Virus genome (UHGV): UHGV-1558314
Length of the DNA stretch: 64,000 bases
Reading direction: 5' to 3' (one strand)
Source: a virus
Below are positions 1-10,179 of this stretch, piece by piece. The notes beneath the pieces are model-generated. The model was given only the letters and a program-made list of their open reading frames with translations. It was not told where the DNA came from and ran no database searches. The stretch's first letter is position 1, and each line of letters starts with the position of its first letter. The translations under genes and the position numbers were made by a program.

Positions 1-1457
1 GTTTCTACATCTGCAGACTCTTCGCCGCCAATTGTGACTGTTGAGCCTTGCGGATAGATGAAGTTGCCCTTTGCATCCTGAGGGAATGCAACCTTTGCAC
101 CTGATTCGTCAATGTACATTGGAATGCCGTCTTCCTTGCCAATGACAGGAACTGCGCGATATTCAGCTACAACTGCGCGACTTGTGCAGCGTACTGGTGA
201 ACCATCAGCGCCAATGAAGATGTCGCCAAGTGAAATTGGCAACACTGGTGCAACAAATGAAGTCTTTGAAGCTTCACCTGGCTGCACAAATGGAACCATC
301 ACATTAACAAACTCAGATGACACGAAGTCCTTGAGCTGTTCTTTTGTGATTGCGACATCTGTTGCTGTTGGCGTGCAGTCAATCTTTTCAGGATTGATGT
401 CAGTTGACGGACGAGCCATGCCAAGATATTGATGTGTAGCATCATCAGCAAACAATGGACCCGCAGCTTCATCTACAGAAATGTAGTTCGAACCAAAGAT
501 GTCCACTGCACGTTGGAAACGAGCGTCTTCAATGTCATTTGAATTGTAGAACTCGTCAACCTTGTCAGGGTCAATCTTACACATGATACCTGTCGTGTCT
601 GACACTGCATTCACAGCAGTTTCCAATGACAGTTTGTTGCCATTGATATCAAGCAAGTCAGGAATCAATGAGCCAGATACACGACCCATGTAGCCAGATG
701 CTGCAAGCTTTGACAGTGCCTCAGGACCATACATGCCATCAACTTGTGCACGGATGCCATCCTTTGTGAAGTACTTGCCATATACAGTCGAACCTGCAAG
801 TGATTCATAGTTCGTCAGTTTTTCAGAGAAAAACCAAACATCAACCATATAGTCTGACACAAGGTCATTGCAGTTCACGCCGGGTACATACATTGATGGG
901 AAGCGGTCTTGAACTGACTTGATGTCATAATCATAGCCAGTCAATGTTGTCGGCGTAATGAAGATTGTTGCAGACTTGTTTGTAAGTGTTGAGAAGTTGA
1001 GCAGCTGTACGGGGTCAGCGCCAACAGCATTGAGCAGATTCAATGGCTCAGCTTTCCAGAAGTTTGATGTATCATAGACATCCTTAAATGGAACGTCTAC
1101 AGGTGAGCCATCTTCTCCTGAGCTGTTTGCAGCAAAAGTCACTCGTGACAACACATCGCTATCATTGAATGAGCGCAAGTTCAACACAAGAATTGGGCTT
1201 GTTGCAAGCATTTGCTCTGCAATGAGACCAGCGAAACAGCCGGCACGCTCCAAACGCTTGTCACGTTGACCGAAAATTTCATGCAGCTGGTCTGCATCTT
1301 CAACAAGCACGGCGCGATTGACCGGACCGTTCTTCCACTGGCCTGGCAGCAATCGAAGTGTTTGAGCGGGCAGTGAGTCAAGGTGACTTGCGTCAATGAA
1401 CAGACGATATGTCCCGACTGACTTGAACCGTTCAAATAAAGAAGTGTTATTTGCCAT
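1..1457 (-). CDS. Partial CDS (N-terminal 485 codons; 3' end lies beyond window start); putative major capsid protein by position
   Basis: Hand-translated uninterrupted minus-strand frame from ATG at 1455-1457 to position 1 (MANNTSLFERFKSVGTYRLFIDASHL...); absent from ORF track because no stop in window. Product is positional inference only (downstream of protease/scaffold gene). Confidence 0.5.
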   Translation of the reverse strand, partial: MANNTSLFERFKSVGTYRLFIDASHLDSLPAQTLRLLPGQWKNGPVNRAVLVEDADQLHEIFGQRDKRLERAGCFAGLIAEQMLATSPILVLNLRSFNDSDVLSRVTFAANSSGEDGSPVDVPFKDVYDTSNFWKAEPLNLLNAVGADPVQLLNFSTLTNKSATIFITPTTLTGYDYDIKSVQDRFPSMYVPGVNCNDLVSDYMVDVWFFSEKLTNYESLAGSTVYGKYFTKDGIRAQVDGMYGPEALSKLAASGYMGRVSGSLIPDLLDINGNKLSLETAVNAVSDTTGIMCKIDPDKVDEFYNSNDIEDARFQRAVDIFGSNYISVDEAAGPLFADDATHQYLGMARPSTDINPEKIDCTPTATDVAITKEQLKDFVSSEFVNVMVPFVQPGEASKTSFVAPVLPISLGDIFIGADGSPVRCTSRAVVAEYRAVPVIGKEDGIPMYIDESGAKVAFPQDAKGNFIYPQGSTVTIGGEESADVE

Positions 1458-1555
1458 GTTCGTTATCGTATTTGTAAATTGTGAAATGTTGCTTTGTTTG
1501 ATTATAACTTGATATATGTATGTATATGATGACATCAAACATGTTGTTGACCAAA

Positions 1556-1590
1556 ATCAAAAAGACCAGCTCAATTGAGCTGGTCTTTCA
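1556..1590 (-). terminator. Putative intrinsic terminator after protease/scaffold gene
   Basis: 10-bp perfect stem agaccagctc/gagctggtct with aatt loop (1563-1586), followed on minus strand by T-run (plus-strand caaaaa at 1557-1562). Confidence 0.5.
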
Positions 1591-1611
1591 AATGCTGTTT
1601 AACTATCATCA

Positions 1612-4600
1612 TTAGCCACGAATCAAGTCAACCAAGCGTTGCTGTTCAGGAGTCAATGACGACTTTCCACTGCCATCAACGTTTTCGTTAACGAAACCGA
1701 CTGGCTGCTTAGTCGAATATGACTTGATTGCAGCCCAGTTACGTGAACGATAGAATGCTGCGACATCTGACTCATTTACGAAAGTGCGAACTGCTGCCTG
1801 AGTAGCAATCAATGACTTCTGTTCAGGAGTCAAGCTTTCATAAATGTACTTGTATGCTGTTGGCATGTGCTTCAGATACAATGGCGTATGGTCAATTGGC
1901 TGCAGATTCTCATCCAAGACTGCCACACCTGCAGCATCATAGCGAGTTGCAAGCTGCTTTGTTTGACGACGCAATGCAGCAATTTCATGCTTGATGTTTG
2001 TCAAGCATTCATCTGTTGCTTGCGCGCCAAGATATGTGCGAAGCATATCAGACAGCATCTTCTGATTTGCGTCAGTCAAATCACCTGCGACTTCGATGCC
2101 AGTCAGCTGGTCATCCTTACTGATGACTACAGAAATTGTAGAGCCATCACGCTCAACTGTGCGGAAGTCAAAGTCATCATATGACTTATCCTTAAGAACA
2201 GCTTCACGAATATTGTCATCTACGCCTTCATTGACCATGCTCATGCATTCCTCAACATCTACGTCAAGTCCAAGCTCTTCTGCAGTTTCAGCAATCTTTT
2301 CTGCAAGTTGAGCTTTGTTTTCAACTTTGTCGAGGTCTGCTGCATCTGATACAGCATCGACAAGTTCATCTGCCTGTGCACGAGTAATCGTTGAAGCATC
2401 AACAAGGCCATCAATGATTTGCTCTACATCTGCAGGCGTCGGCTTATTGTCTTCTGTAGCTTCATTGATAAACTTAGCAGTCTTTGGCTTGTAGCTAAGC
2501 TTGCCCTCATTAACCATCTCATCCTGCAATTGTGCAGCGATGTATGCAATCAGCAATGACTTGTTGGCTTCAAGTTCATCGACTGCTTCAGCAGACTTTT
2601 GAGCTTTGATGAGTTCATCGTAAGCTGCTGCAACTTTGTCATCCATCGTAGACTTGTCAGGGTCAATGTTTTTGATGCATGTCTTGACAATGTCATCCTG
2701 ATAGAACTTGTCAATGATTGACTTGTCAGTGTCAGAGTACGTTGCATACAGCTTGTCAGCAACAATTGACTCATTGACAATCTTGCCAGGCTCAGATGCA
2801 GGAACAAGAGTCCACTTACCATCAACTTCTGCAACAATGCCTGATGTCGATTCACCATAAGTGACTGTCAGACGAGTACCAGCTTCATTGTTATCAATTG
2901 TGTTGACGACTGCTTCGAATTCATTGCCATCTGCATCATAGATTTTGATGTTGTCACCGACAGCAGCTTCATCTACTGGTGCTTCGAAGAACTCTTTGAC
3001 AAAGTTCTGAACATCAACGGGCAGACTGTCATATGGCTGTGATGCATAGTACTCTGAGTCAGCGTCAAGGTAGTTCTTTGACAGCAGCCAAGTTTTTCGA
3101 GCAGCAACATCTGCAGCATTCCAAGCATCGACTGACTCATCGCAGTCATCAACAAGTGCAAGATACTCAGGGTCTTTCTTGTCATCAAAACGAAGAGTAA
3201 ACTTTTGCTCGGGCTTGCCAGCAGGCCAAACTTCGACTTCAATTTTTGTAGTGCCTGCAACATTTTTGACTGCGCCTACAACAATCTTGTCGCCTTTGTT
3301 GATGCCATTAGACATGTCGTATGGTGCTTCAATAGATTCATCTGTCGACTGTGCTCGAATTGCAGCTGCAATAGCGTTACGAGATTCATTGTCAAACATC
3401 TCCCATGTAGCATTTGCAGCATCTTCTACGCCAATCTTGTCTTTGCCAATCTGCTCAATTAACTGATTGCGGTCAGCTACTGAAGCATTGTACCACCAGT
3501 CTGCTGCAGGGTCAGAAGCTTCATCAAGCGCTTTGACAGTTTCATATCGACCGTCATACAGCATGTACTTATCACCTTCTTTGATGGCTACAGACTCCTT
3601 GCCATTGTACTTGAATGACACTTTGTCTTCATTGAAGCCAGTCAATTCAGCTGTGATTTTGTCACCGTTCTTGTCATAAACTTCGACAGTTTGTGCTTCA
3701 TCAATGTTCAAGTGCTTCTTGAGTGCATCTACAAGTTCTTTGCCAAGTGCATCTTCATTGTCATGAGCATGTTGGAAGCAATCTTCATCTGACTTATCAG
3801 GCTGAACAGCTTTCAATGCTGTGGCACGATTGAGCATTGACATTGTGCCCCAGATTGATACGAAGCTTTTGCCCTCATTGTCTTGTGCTTTGGCTTCGTC
3901 AATTGCATCAATGTCTTTCTCAAGCATTGCATGATGAGCAATGTCGATGCCAGCCCATTTCGTCTTTGCATTATATGGCAAACCAATATGCTTCGACAAA
4001 ATTGACTGACGCTGGTCATCTGTGAATGAATCCCAAGCTTCGCCAAGTGTTGCATGCTTTGCTTCATCAGCAGCAAATTCAGCTTCAATCTTGAGTTTGT
4101 GGTCCTTGTCAATCAGTTGCCACTTGGCATTTGGACGATAAAACTCAGACAATGACAGCTTGTCAAGAATGACTTTGCGTTCGTCATCTGACAATTCGTC
4201 CCACTTGTTGTCAGCAGATTCATCGATGTTGACGAGTTCTTTCTCAATGAGATTCTTGTCAAGCATTGCATCAATGATTGGCTGCTGGGCTTCTGCTGGA
4301 ATGTCTTTGAACGACTTAATTGCAATGACAGCGTCTTTGTCATCAACTTTAGCAGCTTCAACAATTTCTGTCTTCACTTCATCAGTCAAAGCGCCCCAAG
4401 CAGCATCGAGATAATCAAAGTTGAGAGCTTCATCACATTCAACAATGCCATACTGCTTTGCAATGTCATTGTGCTTGTCAAGATTGCTGTCGAGTTCAGC
4501 TTCAATTGCTGCTTTGATGTCATCAATTGACTTATCTTCAACTTCAAACTCAAGAGCTTTTGCAAATTCAGTCAATGCTGCATCATCAAGCTTGCTAATG

Positions 4601-5562
4601 TCATAAGGCTTAGCATCTTCATTTGTGAAGTCAATGCCAAGCAAAGACATTGCTTGTTTTTTGTTTTCTTCTGAGAGTGCATCGAATGCAGTTGCAAGAC
4701 CGACATCGGTATAGTCACACCCAACTTCGTCAAGCAATGCTTCGACTTTCTGGATGTTTTCTACACCAACTTCATTAGCATCAGCATTGTTGTATGCCTC
4801 AATAAAACGTGATTGGTTTGTCATGGTAGTGAAATCTTCTATTGATTCGTTTATGAGTTGCTGTTTGAGTGCATCCAATGATGCTGAGCCAATCAATGCA
4901 TCAGGGAATAGCTTCTGCAACATGCCTGTACGTGCAAGCTCAATCAATTGGAGCATCAATGAGTTTGGCGAGTCTTCGTCATCTACAGATTCACAAATGA
5001 GAGTGTCTTTTGATTCATTAACTGAACCGACAAGATTGAACTCTGCTTCAGGAAATGACGGCTCGCATACTAAATCGTATGTAATCAACTTTAGTAGAGT
5101 CGTTGCACCTGTAGTAGGATTAACTATACCAAGAGCTCGACTTGATACAAACAATGGTGAGCCTGCAGCCACAACTGCCCATGCAATACGACCTGCTGGC
5201 GTATCAAGAATAGTAATCCAGCCTTCAAATCGTTGCTTATCAGGATTCCATTCAATACTGTCAATGCGGTGTGATACATTCCCATACTTCACAGTACGTC
5301 GCTTAACATGCTCAAGCTCGCCAAATAGACGCTTAGCTTTGATTGCTGATTGCAATGTTTGTACTTGCGCAAAATAATTTTCGAAATTGTATGTTCGACC
5401 ATTACGATTACGCTCGCCAATAGTTGCATATGTACCGAACAATCTACCAAGCGCGCCACTTGGCACATGTTCATCTACAGCTTCAGCAACAAATTGACAA
5501 TCCTGGCGGCTTTCTATAATAAGCTGCGCAGGCTTGCCTTTGTATGTTATTGGTTTTGCCAT
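1612..5562 (-). CDS. Prohead protease (T4 gp21-like N-terminal domain) fused to long acidic coiled-coil scaffold-like region, 1316 aa
   Basis: N-terminal ~170 aa carry motifs matching recalled T4 gp21 (NRNGRTY, GELEHV vs GELNHP, FVSSRALG vs GVSSRGLG); remainder is strongly acidic (D/E-rich) and low complexity. ATG start, TAA stop verified. Confidence 0.6.
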   Translation of the reverse strand: MAKPITYKGKPAQLIIESRQDCQFVAEAVDEHVPSGALGRLFGTYATIGERNRNGRTYNFENYFAQVQTLQSAIKAKRLFGELEHVKRRTVKYGNVSHRIDSIEWNPDKQRFEGWITILDTPAGRIAWAVVAAGSPLFVSSRALGIVNPTTGATTLLKLITYDLVCEPSFPEAEFNLVGSVNESKDTLICESVDDEDSPNSLMLQLIELARTGMLQKLFPDALIGSASLDALKQQLINESIEDFTTMTNQSRFIEAYNNADANEVGVENIQKVEALLDEVGCDYTDVGLATAFDALSEENKKQAMSLLGIDFTNEDAKPYDISKLDDAALTEFAKALEFEVEDKSIDDIKAAIEAELDSNLDKHNDIAKQYGIVECDEALNFDYLDAAWGALTDEVKTEIVEAAKVDDKDAVIAIKSFKDIPAEAQQPIIDAMLDKNLIEKELVNIDESADNKWDELSDDERKVILDKLSLSEFYRPNAKWQLIDKDHKLKIEAEFAADEAKHATLGEAWDSFTDDQRQSILSKHIGLPYNAKTKWAGIDIAHHAMLEKDIDAIDEAKAQDNEGKSFVSIWGTMSMLNRATALKAVQPDKSDEDCFQHAHDNEDALGKELVDALKKHLNIDEAQTVEVYDKNGDKITAELTGFNEDKVSFKYNGKESVAIKEGDKYMLYDGRYETVKALDEASDPAADWWYNASVADRNQLIEQIGKDKIGVEDAANATWEMFDNESRNAIAAAIRAQSTDESIEAPYDMSNGINKGDKIVVGAVKNVAGTTKIEVEVWPAGKPEQKFTLRFDDKKDPEYLALVDDCDESVDAWNAADVAARKTWLLSKNYLDADSEYYASQPYDSLPVDVQNFVKEFFEAPVDEAAVGDNIKIYDADGNEFEAVVNTIDNNEAGTRLTVTYGESTSGIVAEVDGKWTLVPASEPGKIVNESIVADKLYATYSDTDKSIIDKFYQDDIVKTCIKNIDPDKSTMDDKVAAAYDELIKAQKSAEAVDELEANKSLLIAYIAAQLQDEMVNEGKLSYKPKTAKFINEATEDNKPTPADVEQIIDGLVDASTITRAQADELVDAVSDAADLDKVENKAQLAEKIAETAEELGLDVDVEECMSMVNEGVDDNIREAVLKDKSYDDFDFRTVERDGSTISVVISKDDQLTGIEVAGDLTDANQKMLSDMLRTYLGAQATDECLTNIKHEIAALRRQTKQLATRYDAAGVAVLDENLQPIDHTPLYLKHMPTAYKYIYESLTPEQKSLIATQAAVRTFVNESDVAAFYRSRNWAAIKSYSTKQPVGFVNENVDGSGKSSLTPEQQRLVDLIRG

Positions 5563-5663
5563 ATTGTTAAATGTGTTATTTGAAAGTTTGCAACATTTTT
5601 GTTGTTATTGATTATATATGCAAGGCAGACTTGTGTGTTGAAAAATTGCAAATTTTCAGTAAT

Positions 5664-5690
5664 TTGTACATACATAAAATACAAAACCAT
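5664..5690 (+). promoter_or_regulatory. Candidate promoter for plus-strand RuvC-like gene containing TTGTACA box
   Basis: aatttgtacatacataaaatac lies ~40 nt upstream of ATG 5708; same TTGTACA core as the recurrent minus-strand box. Confidence 0.3.
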
Positions 5691-5707
5691 CCAAATCAAT
5701 TCATTGT

Positions 5708-6376
5708 ATGTCAACAAACAATCATGGCAAGCTCAGATTACTTGAGCTCAAAGAAGCACAGCCATATGATACACTCAAAATTGGCATCGACGTATCAGTA
5801 GATGCTACTGGCATGTGCATGATATTTGGCAAGACTGTCGCATTGTTCAAATTTACACCACATTTGCCGCCAGAAGATGACAGTTCAGATGATGTGAACT
5901 TTGTGCAGTTCAACAAAATCTATCTGCAAACATCATCTTCTGCAAGAGAACGCTCAAAAATGCATACTCGACATACGCTTGCAAATAAGATTGTTGATGC
6001 TATTGACATGTTCATGCAGGAAATCTGGCCGAACAGTCCAGCAAACATTCAAATTGTCACAGAAGGGTCTGCATATGGCTATGCTGCGCATAACTCTAAC
6101 AGCTTAGTTGAACTTGCTGAATTTAGAAGCGTGATTTTAGAAAGAGTCTATCATCGTTGGCCTCTTGGTACACATCTAAGTCTTGATGTCATTGCGCCAA
6201 AATCATTGAAGAAACACGCGACTGGTGATGGCAAAGCAGACAAACTAAAGATGATTGAAGCTGCAATCGCTAAGTTGACACGCATTCATTGGGCAGGCAA
6301 AATTGACGATGAATGTGACGCATTGCATCTTTGTATGTATGAGCCATTAAGCAATCCTGAACCACGACTTTGGTGA
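5708..6376 (+). CDS. RuvC-like Holliday junction resolvase
   Basis: RuvC-type motifs: KIGIDVSVDATG, VTEGSAYG, ADKLKMIEAAIAKL, DDECDALHLCMY. One of only two clear plus-strand genes. Confidence 0.7.
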   Translation: MSTNNHGKLRLLELKEAQPYDTLKIGIDVSVDATGMCMIFGKTVALFKFTPHLPPEDDSSDDVNFVQFNKIYLQTSSSARERSKMHTRHTLANKIVDAIDMFMQEIWPNSPANIQIVTEGSAYGYAAHNSNSLVELAEFRSVILERVYHRWPLGTHLSLDVIAPKSLKKHATGDGKADKLKMIEAAIAKLTRIHWAGKIDDECDALHLCMYEPLSNPEPRLW

Positions 6377-6497
6377 CATTACATCATACAACATAAGTTT
6401 CATTTCAAAAACTCAATTCATATGCAAATCCCTCGTAACTGGGGGAGGGGCACAACAAGCCCTCCAAAGCAAGTCAAAGATTCTTGCAAAAGTTGAC

Positions 6498-6773
6498 GTG
6501 TATTTAATGCCAAGCGCAAACATTGACACGCTTATCAAACAAGGCTTTAAGTACATTGTGTATCGCAACACTAATACAATGTCAGCGTATCAATACACGA
6601 ATAGAATGTTTGCTGATTCGTCAACAATGGCAATGCTAACATTGACAGACGTTGAAATTGGCGACATGCATTCGTTTGGCTTGCATAACACAACAAATAA
6701 TACAACAAAGCCTATGCAAATGCGTCAAGTAACAATTACACCAACCTCCACTGTTGTAACTGTGCAATGGTGA
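6498..6773 (+). CDS. Hypothetical protein (91 aa)
   Basis: ORF between RuvC-like gene and bidirectional hairpin at 6801-6827; no recognisable motifs. Confidence 0.25.
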   Translation: MYLMPSANIDTLIKQGFKYIVYRNTNTMSAYQYTNRMFADSSTMAMLTLTDVEIGDMHSFGLHNTTNNTTKPMQMRQVTITPTSTVVTVQW

Positions 6774-6794
6774 GCGCTCATTAGCATATGCATC

Positions 6795-6830
6795 AAAAAA
6801 ACTCCGACAGAATTGTTCTGTCGGAGTTTG
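6795..6830. terminator. Putative bidirectional intrinsic terminator
   Basis: Stem actccgacag/ctgtcggagt with aattgtt loop, flanked by A6 upstream and T-rich downstream on plus strand. Confidence 0.5.
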
Positions 6831-7111
6831 CTGTTGTTATAAACAGTTATCTTAACAACACTGTTATCTCAAAATGTTTTGCAATCTACTGCATGATTCA
6901 ATTTTGTGTGGCACTGTCATCAGATGTTGCAAAGTCAACTTCACCAGTAGACTTTACTGCAGACTTAAATGCATTCAAGCCGCATGTAACAATGCAGATA
7001 ACTACAATTTTTAATGCCAAACAGCTTATAAACTGTTACGACACCATTGTCAATCTTGCGGTTATACGTAATTATTTTCTTAAAAAGTGCATGCTTCGTT
7101 TTCATATGTCA

Positions 7112-8908
7112 TTAGCTTTGTGATGTTTTGGCAGGTTCATCATCAATAGGCTCATCATCAACTGACTCATCATCACCTGTATCAATGCCAGAAGCCGCAG
7201 CAAGTGAAACATCATTAGCGACGCCTTGCTGTTCAAGTTGTTGTTGAGCTTGTTTTGTTTGAATTGCGACAAGTCTTGCAGCTTCCATTGCAAGCTTAAG
7301 ATTCTCTTGAAGTTCGATATCAAGCTGTTCAGCATTAGCTTGCATGTCTTCTTTGCTTAAGCCAAGGTACTTGTTGATAAGCCAATTGCTCGAGAAGAAC
7401 GGGCGTTCAGTGTCAGACATGTTAAGTGAACGAACAAGTGAACTGCGAATATCTTCGATTGTATGTATACGCTTCTGAAGCAATGTGAGCTCCATTTGCG
7501 TTTGGAAGTGATTGTATCGATTGAACTTAAGTTTTAGTGCATTCAACACATCATTGTCACCAATGTAGTTATTGTTTTTGATGCACATCAAAACATACAC
7601 AGGCTTCAATATGATTGCAACGCCAAATCTACGCATCAAAGCTGAAATGAAGATAGCAAAGCGCCGCTCATCACGTTGAATTGACTCTTCAGAAACATTC
7701 CACATGCCACCGCCGTCATCGAATCTGCTTAGAGGCAGCTTTGACAAGCGTTGCAAGTTATTGCGGAAATATGTGACTGCTGAAGTGTCAGATAAGTCAG
7801 GCATGCCTGTGCCAATTGTTTGAATGTTGGGTTTGCCTGCATTAGTATCAGCCAGCCAAAATTCGCTATTGAAGGGCACAGATGCTTCACCGTTAACTTG
7901 GAGTTCGCCGGTTTGATTGTCGAATTCAATTTTTTCGTGGTACTTATTCATTGCTTTACGCAATGTTTCCTGTGCAGCAGCTTTCAGTTTACCGCCAGTA
8001 GGAATTGTGATAAGTGAACGAAAACGAGCAGCTGTCGTAGCATATGCAATGCGGCTTCGCTCCAAAATTCTAAGTAAGTTAAACGCACGAACAAGACGCT
8101 CAAAGTATGACATAGACCCAACCATGTCATCATTCCACTGCAAATATGCTACTTGCGAATCAAGCAAGTTGATTTTTTCTGAATTATTAGACACAAATGC
8201 TGGTGCTTTAACATCAAACATTGTATGTGTCTTAAACATATCTTGTTGAGACTTATCATACTGCCAGAAGAACATGTCGCCCTTCTTCATAGGTGTCAAT
8301 GCAAACGCGTTCAACTTTCTGATGCCAACAACATCAGTTGGCTCATCTGCATTATCAAACACAATCTCATAGCCAAGTCTACCTCGTACAAGATATTCAC
8401 GCAACAATGCTTTGACATCTTGTTTACGAGGTTCTGAGTTCAACCCATTGAATGCATACATCAAATAGACTTGCTTGAATGCATCCATAAAGTCATCTTT
8501 GATTGTCTGCTTTGTTGCGTCATCTATCTCAAGTTTATCGATGTCGCAAAAATCAGGCTCGCAAAAGAAATTGCTATCAGAATTGAACACGATGCACTCA
8601 TCAATCATGCGGTCAAGAATGTCATCGAGTTCCGGTTCTGCACTTAAGATGTCATATTTTTTGGCTCGAAGATAACTTGTCAATCCAAAAAGATTCTTTT
8701 TAGGTGACTCTTTCTGATTGAACACGTCATCAGTAGACAACACAACAACTTCTTGGTCATTGATGTTATGCTCACCTGTATATGCTGCTTTCTCCAAATC
8801 TGCATCAGACCCAGACTTGTGCACGTTCAATTGCTGCAATGGGCTGTCTTTTGGAATTGAGCGCAATGCATCAGTCCCCAGATATGTTCGTTTGGTCTTT
8901 TTAGCCAT
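7112..8908 (-). CDS. Putative portal protein (598 aa), positional assignment
   Basis: Large ORF upstream of protease/scaffold gene in transcription order; acidic C-terminus (DTGDDESVDDEPIDDEP). No motif-level confirmation. Confidence 0.35.
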   Translation of the reverse strand: MAKKTKRTYLGTDALRSIPKDSPLQQLNVHKSGSDADLEKAAYTGEHNINDQEVVVLSTDDVFNQKESPKKNLFGLTSYLRAKKYDILSAEPELDDILDRMIDECIVFNSDSNFFCEPDFCDIDKLEIDDATKQTIKDDFMDAFKQVYLMYAFNGLNSEPRKQDVKALLREYLVRGRLGYEIVFDNADEPTDVVGIRKLNAFALTPMKKGDMFFWQYDKSQQDMFKTHTMFDVKAPAFVSNNSEKINLLDSQVAYLQWNDDMVGSMSYFERLVRAFNLLRILERSRIAYATTAARFRSLITIPTGGKLKAAAQETLRKAMNKYHEKIEFDNQTGELQVNGEASVPFNSEFWLADTNAGKPNIQTIGTGMPDLSDTSAVTYFRNNLQRLSKLPLSRFDDGGGMWNVSEESIQRDERRFAIFISALMRRFGVAIILKPVYVLMCIKNNNYIGDNDVLNALKLKFNRYNHFQTQMELTLLQKRIHTIEDIRSSLVRSLNMSDTERPFFSSNWLINKYLGLSKEDMQANAEQLDIELQENLKLAMEAARLVAIQTKQAQQQLEQQGVANDVSLAAASGIDTGDDESVDDEPIDDEPAKTSQS

Positions 8909-9053
8909 TTTTGTATTGCTTTGAATATCTATACACGTCTTGTCAATTTGACATGACCGCAGTCATCTGCAATTATTTAGTAGTGTGTATATGCGTAATT
9001 TGCGTTGCAATTTGTAGTCAAATCACGAACTTCATATGTTGTAGCAGACTCAT

Positions 9054-10172
9054 TCATAGTAATGATGCTTGTAAAATGTCTATAATGTGCTCATCAGTTT
9101 CACATAAATCTGTATCACTTATTATGCAATATGCAGACAATTCAGTAGATGCATTAACATATGCAGTCATTGCAGCAGCTTTTGCTATGACTATATCATC
9201 ATGCAGCCATTTAGCAGGCTTTATTTCAACAACAATTTGCGCGTTATTAAAATGCACAACAAAATCCGCGATATATACATGTGTAGCACTATTGAACACA
9301 TACTTACACCTTGCAGTTTCTATTGAATAGTGTAACTTATTGCGTTCACAAAAGTGTATAAATTTGCGTTCATTGTTTGAACGAAACGACGCTTTAGCTG
9401 ATAAACAGTATTTTGCAGTTTGAACATAGCCTCTCATGCAGTTCATAAATGGCTGCAATGACATTATGTCTCGACCATTTAACAATGCTCTATGCTGTGC
9501 TTCTGCACGTCTACGTTTAACTTCTGGTTTAGCATCTGTAATTTTGCGAGTAGCACGTATACGTTCTTTAACACCAGGTCGAGCCATGATTGCTTTTGCA
9601 GAAGCACTTCGATGCGCATGTGTTTCAGGCCTTGCGTTAGCAATTAGCATCCCATGCAATTGAGTGTCTTTAACTTCTTGACGCTGCATTGCTATTCGAG
9701 TGCTCTGTGAAATCTTTTGCCTAACTGCAGGATTTGACATTGCACGTTTTGCGCGTTCTGACGCCTTTACACGTAGTTCTGTATTATTTGCATACATGGC
9801 ACGTTGAGTATTACTAATTTTGGTGCCAATGCGTTGTTTATATTCTGCATCTGCAAAGTATTTTGCATTTCTGCATGCATGACTGCAAACATCGCCGTCA
9901 CCATAGCCACGTGTTACACACCACCATGTTAATTGCTTGCCACATATAGAACATGTTGGGATATCTGAGTCATCTTTAATTTCACATAGATATTTGTCAT
10001 ACCATTGCTTCAATGAATAGCCTACAATAGGTTCAGCCTTTCTACTAAAATACGTGCTAAATATCCATGTATCAAGTTCAGGCACGTATAACTGAAACTT
10101 TGTACGTGTTATTTGCTTAACAAATTTGTCCCAATTCTTAGCGGCATTGCGCTTAGCGTCTTCAGCAGTCAT
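9054..10172 (-). CDS. Homing-endonuclease-like protein with basic repeats and C-terminal PD-(D/E)XK-like nuclease motif
   Basis: C-terminal IADFVVHFNNAQIVVEIKP fits D...E-x-K; central lysine/arginine-rich repeat region; CxxC...CxxxC cluster near N-terminus. Confidence 0.45.
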   Translation of the reverse strand: MTAEDAKRNAAKNWDKFVKQITRTKFQLYVPELDTWIFSTYFSRKAEPIVGYSLKQWYDKYLCEIKDDSDIPTCSICGKQLTWWCVTRGYGDGDVCSHACRNAKYFADAEYKQRIGTKISNTQRAMYANNTELRVKASERAKRAMSNPAVRQKISQSTRIAMQRQEVKDTQLHGMLIANARPETHAHRSASAKAIMARPGVKERIRATRKITDAKPEVKRRRAEAQHRALLNGRDIMSLQPFMNCMRGYVQTAKYCLSAKASFRSNNERKFIHFCERNKLHYSIETARCKYVFNSATHVYIADFVVHFNNAQIVVEIKPAKWLHDDIVIAKAAAMTAYVNASTELSAYCIISDTDLCETDEHIIDILQASLL

Positions 10173-10179
10173 TAGAGCA

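Noticed and set aside
112-5377. Plus-strand ORFs from the track (e.g. 112..432, 1812..1994, 4754..5377 and many others throughout)
   Set aside because: They lie inside long minus-strand genes with clear motifs and are best explained as shadow ORFs.
5563-5707. Classical Bacteroides-type promoter (-33 TTTG / -7 TAnnTTTG)
   Set aside because: Not clearly present upstream of inspected genes; the recurrent signal is the TTGTACAA box.
6788-7123. ORF 6788..7123 (plus strand, 111 aa)
   Set aside because: Overlaps the terminator hairpin at 6801-6827 and the 3' end of the putative portal gene.
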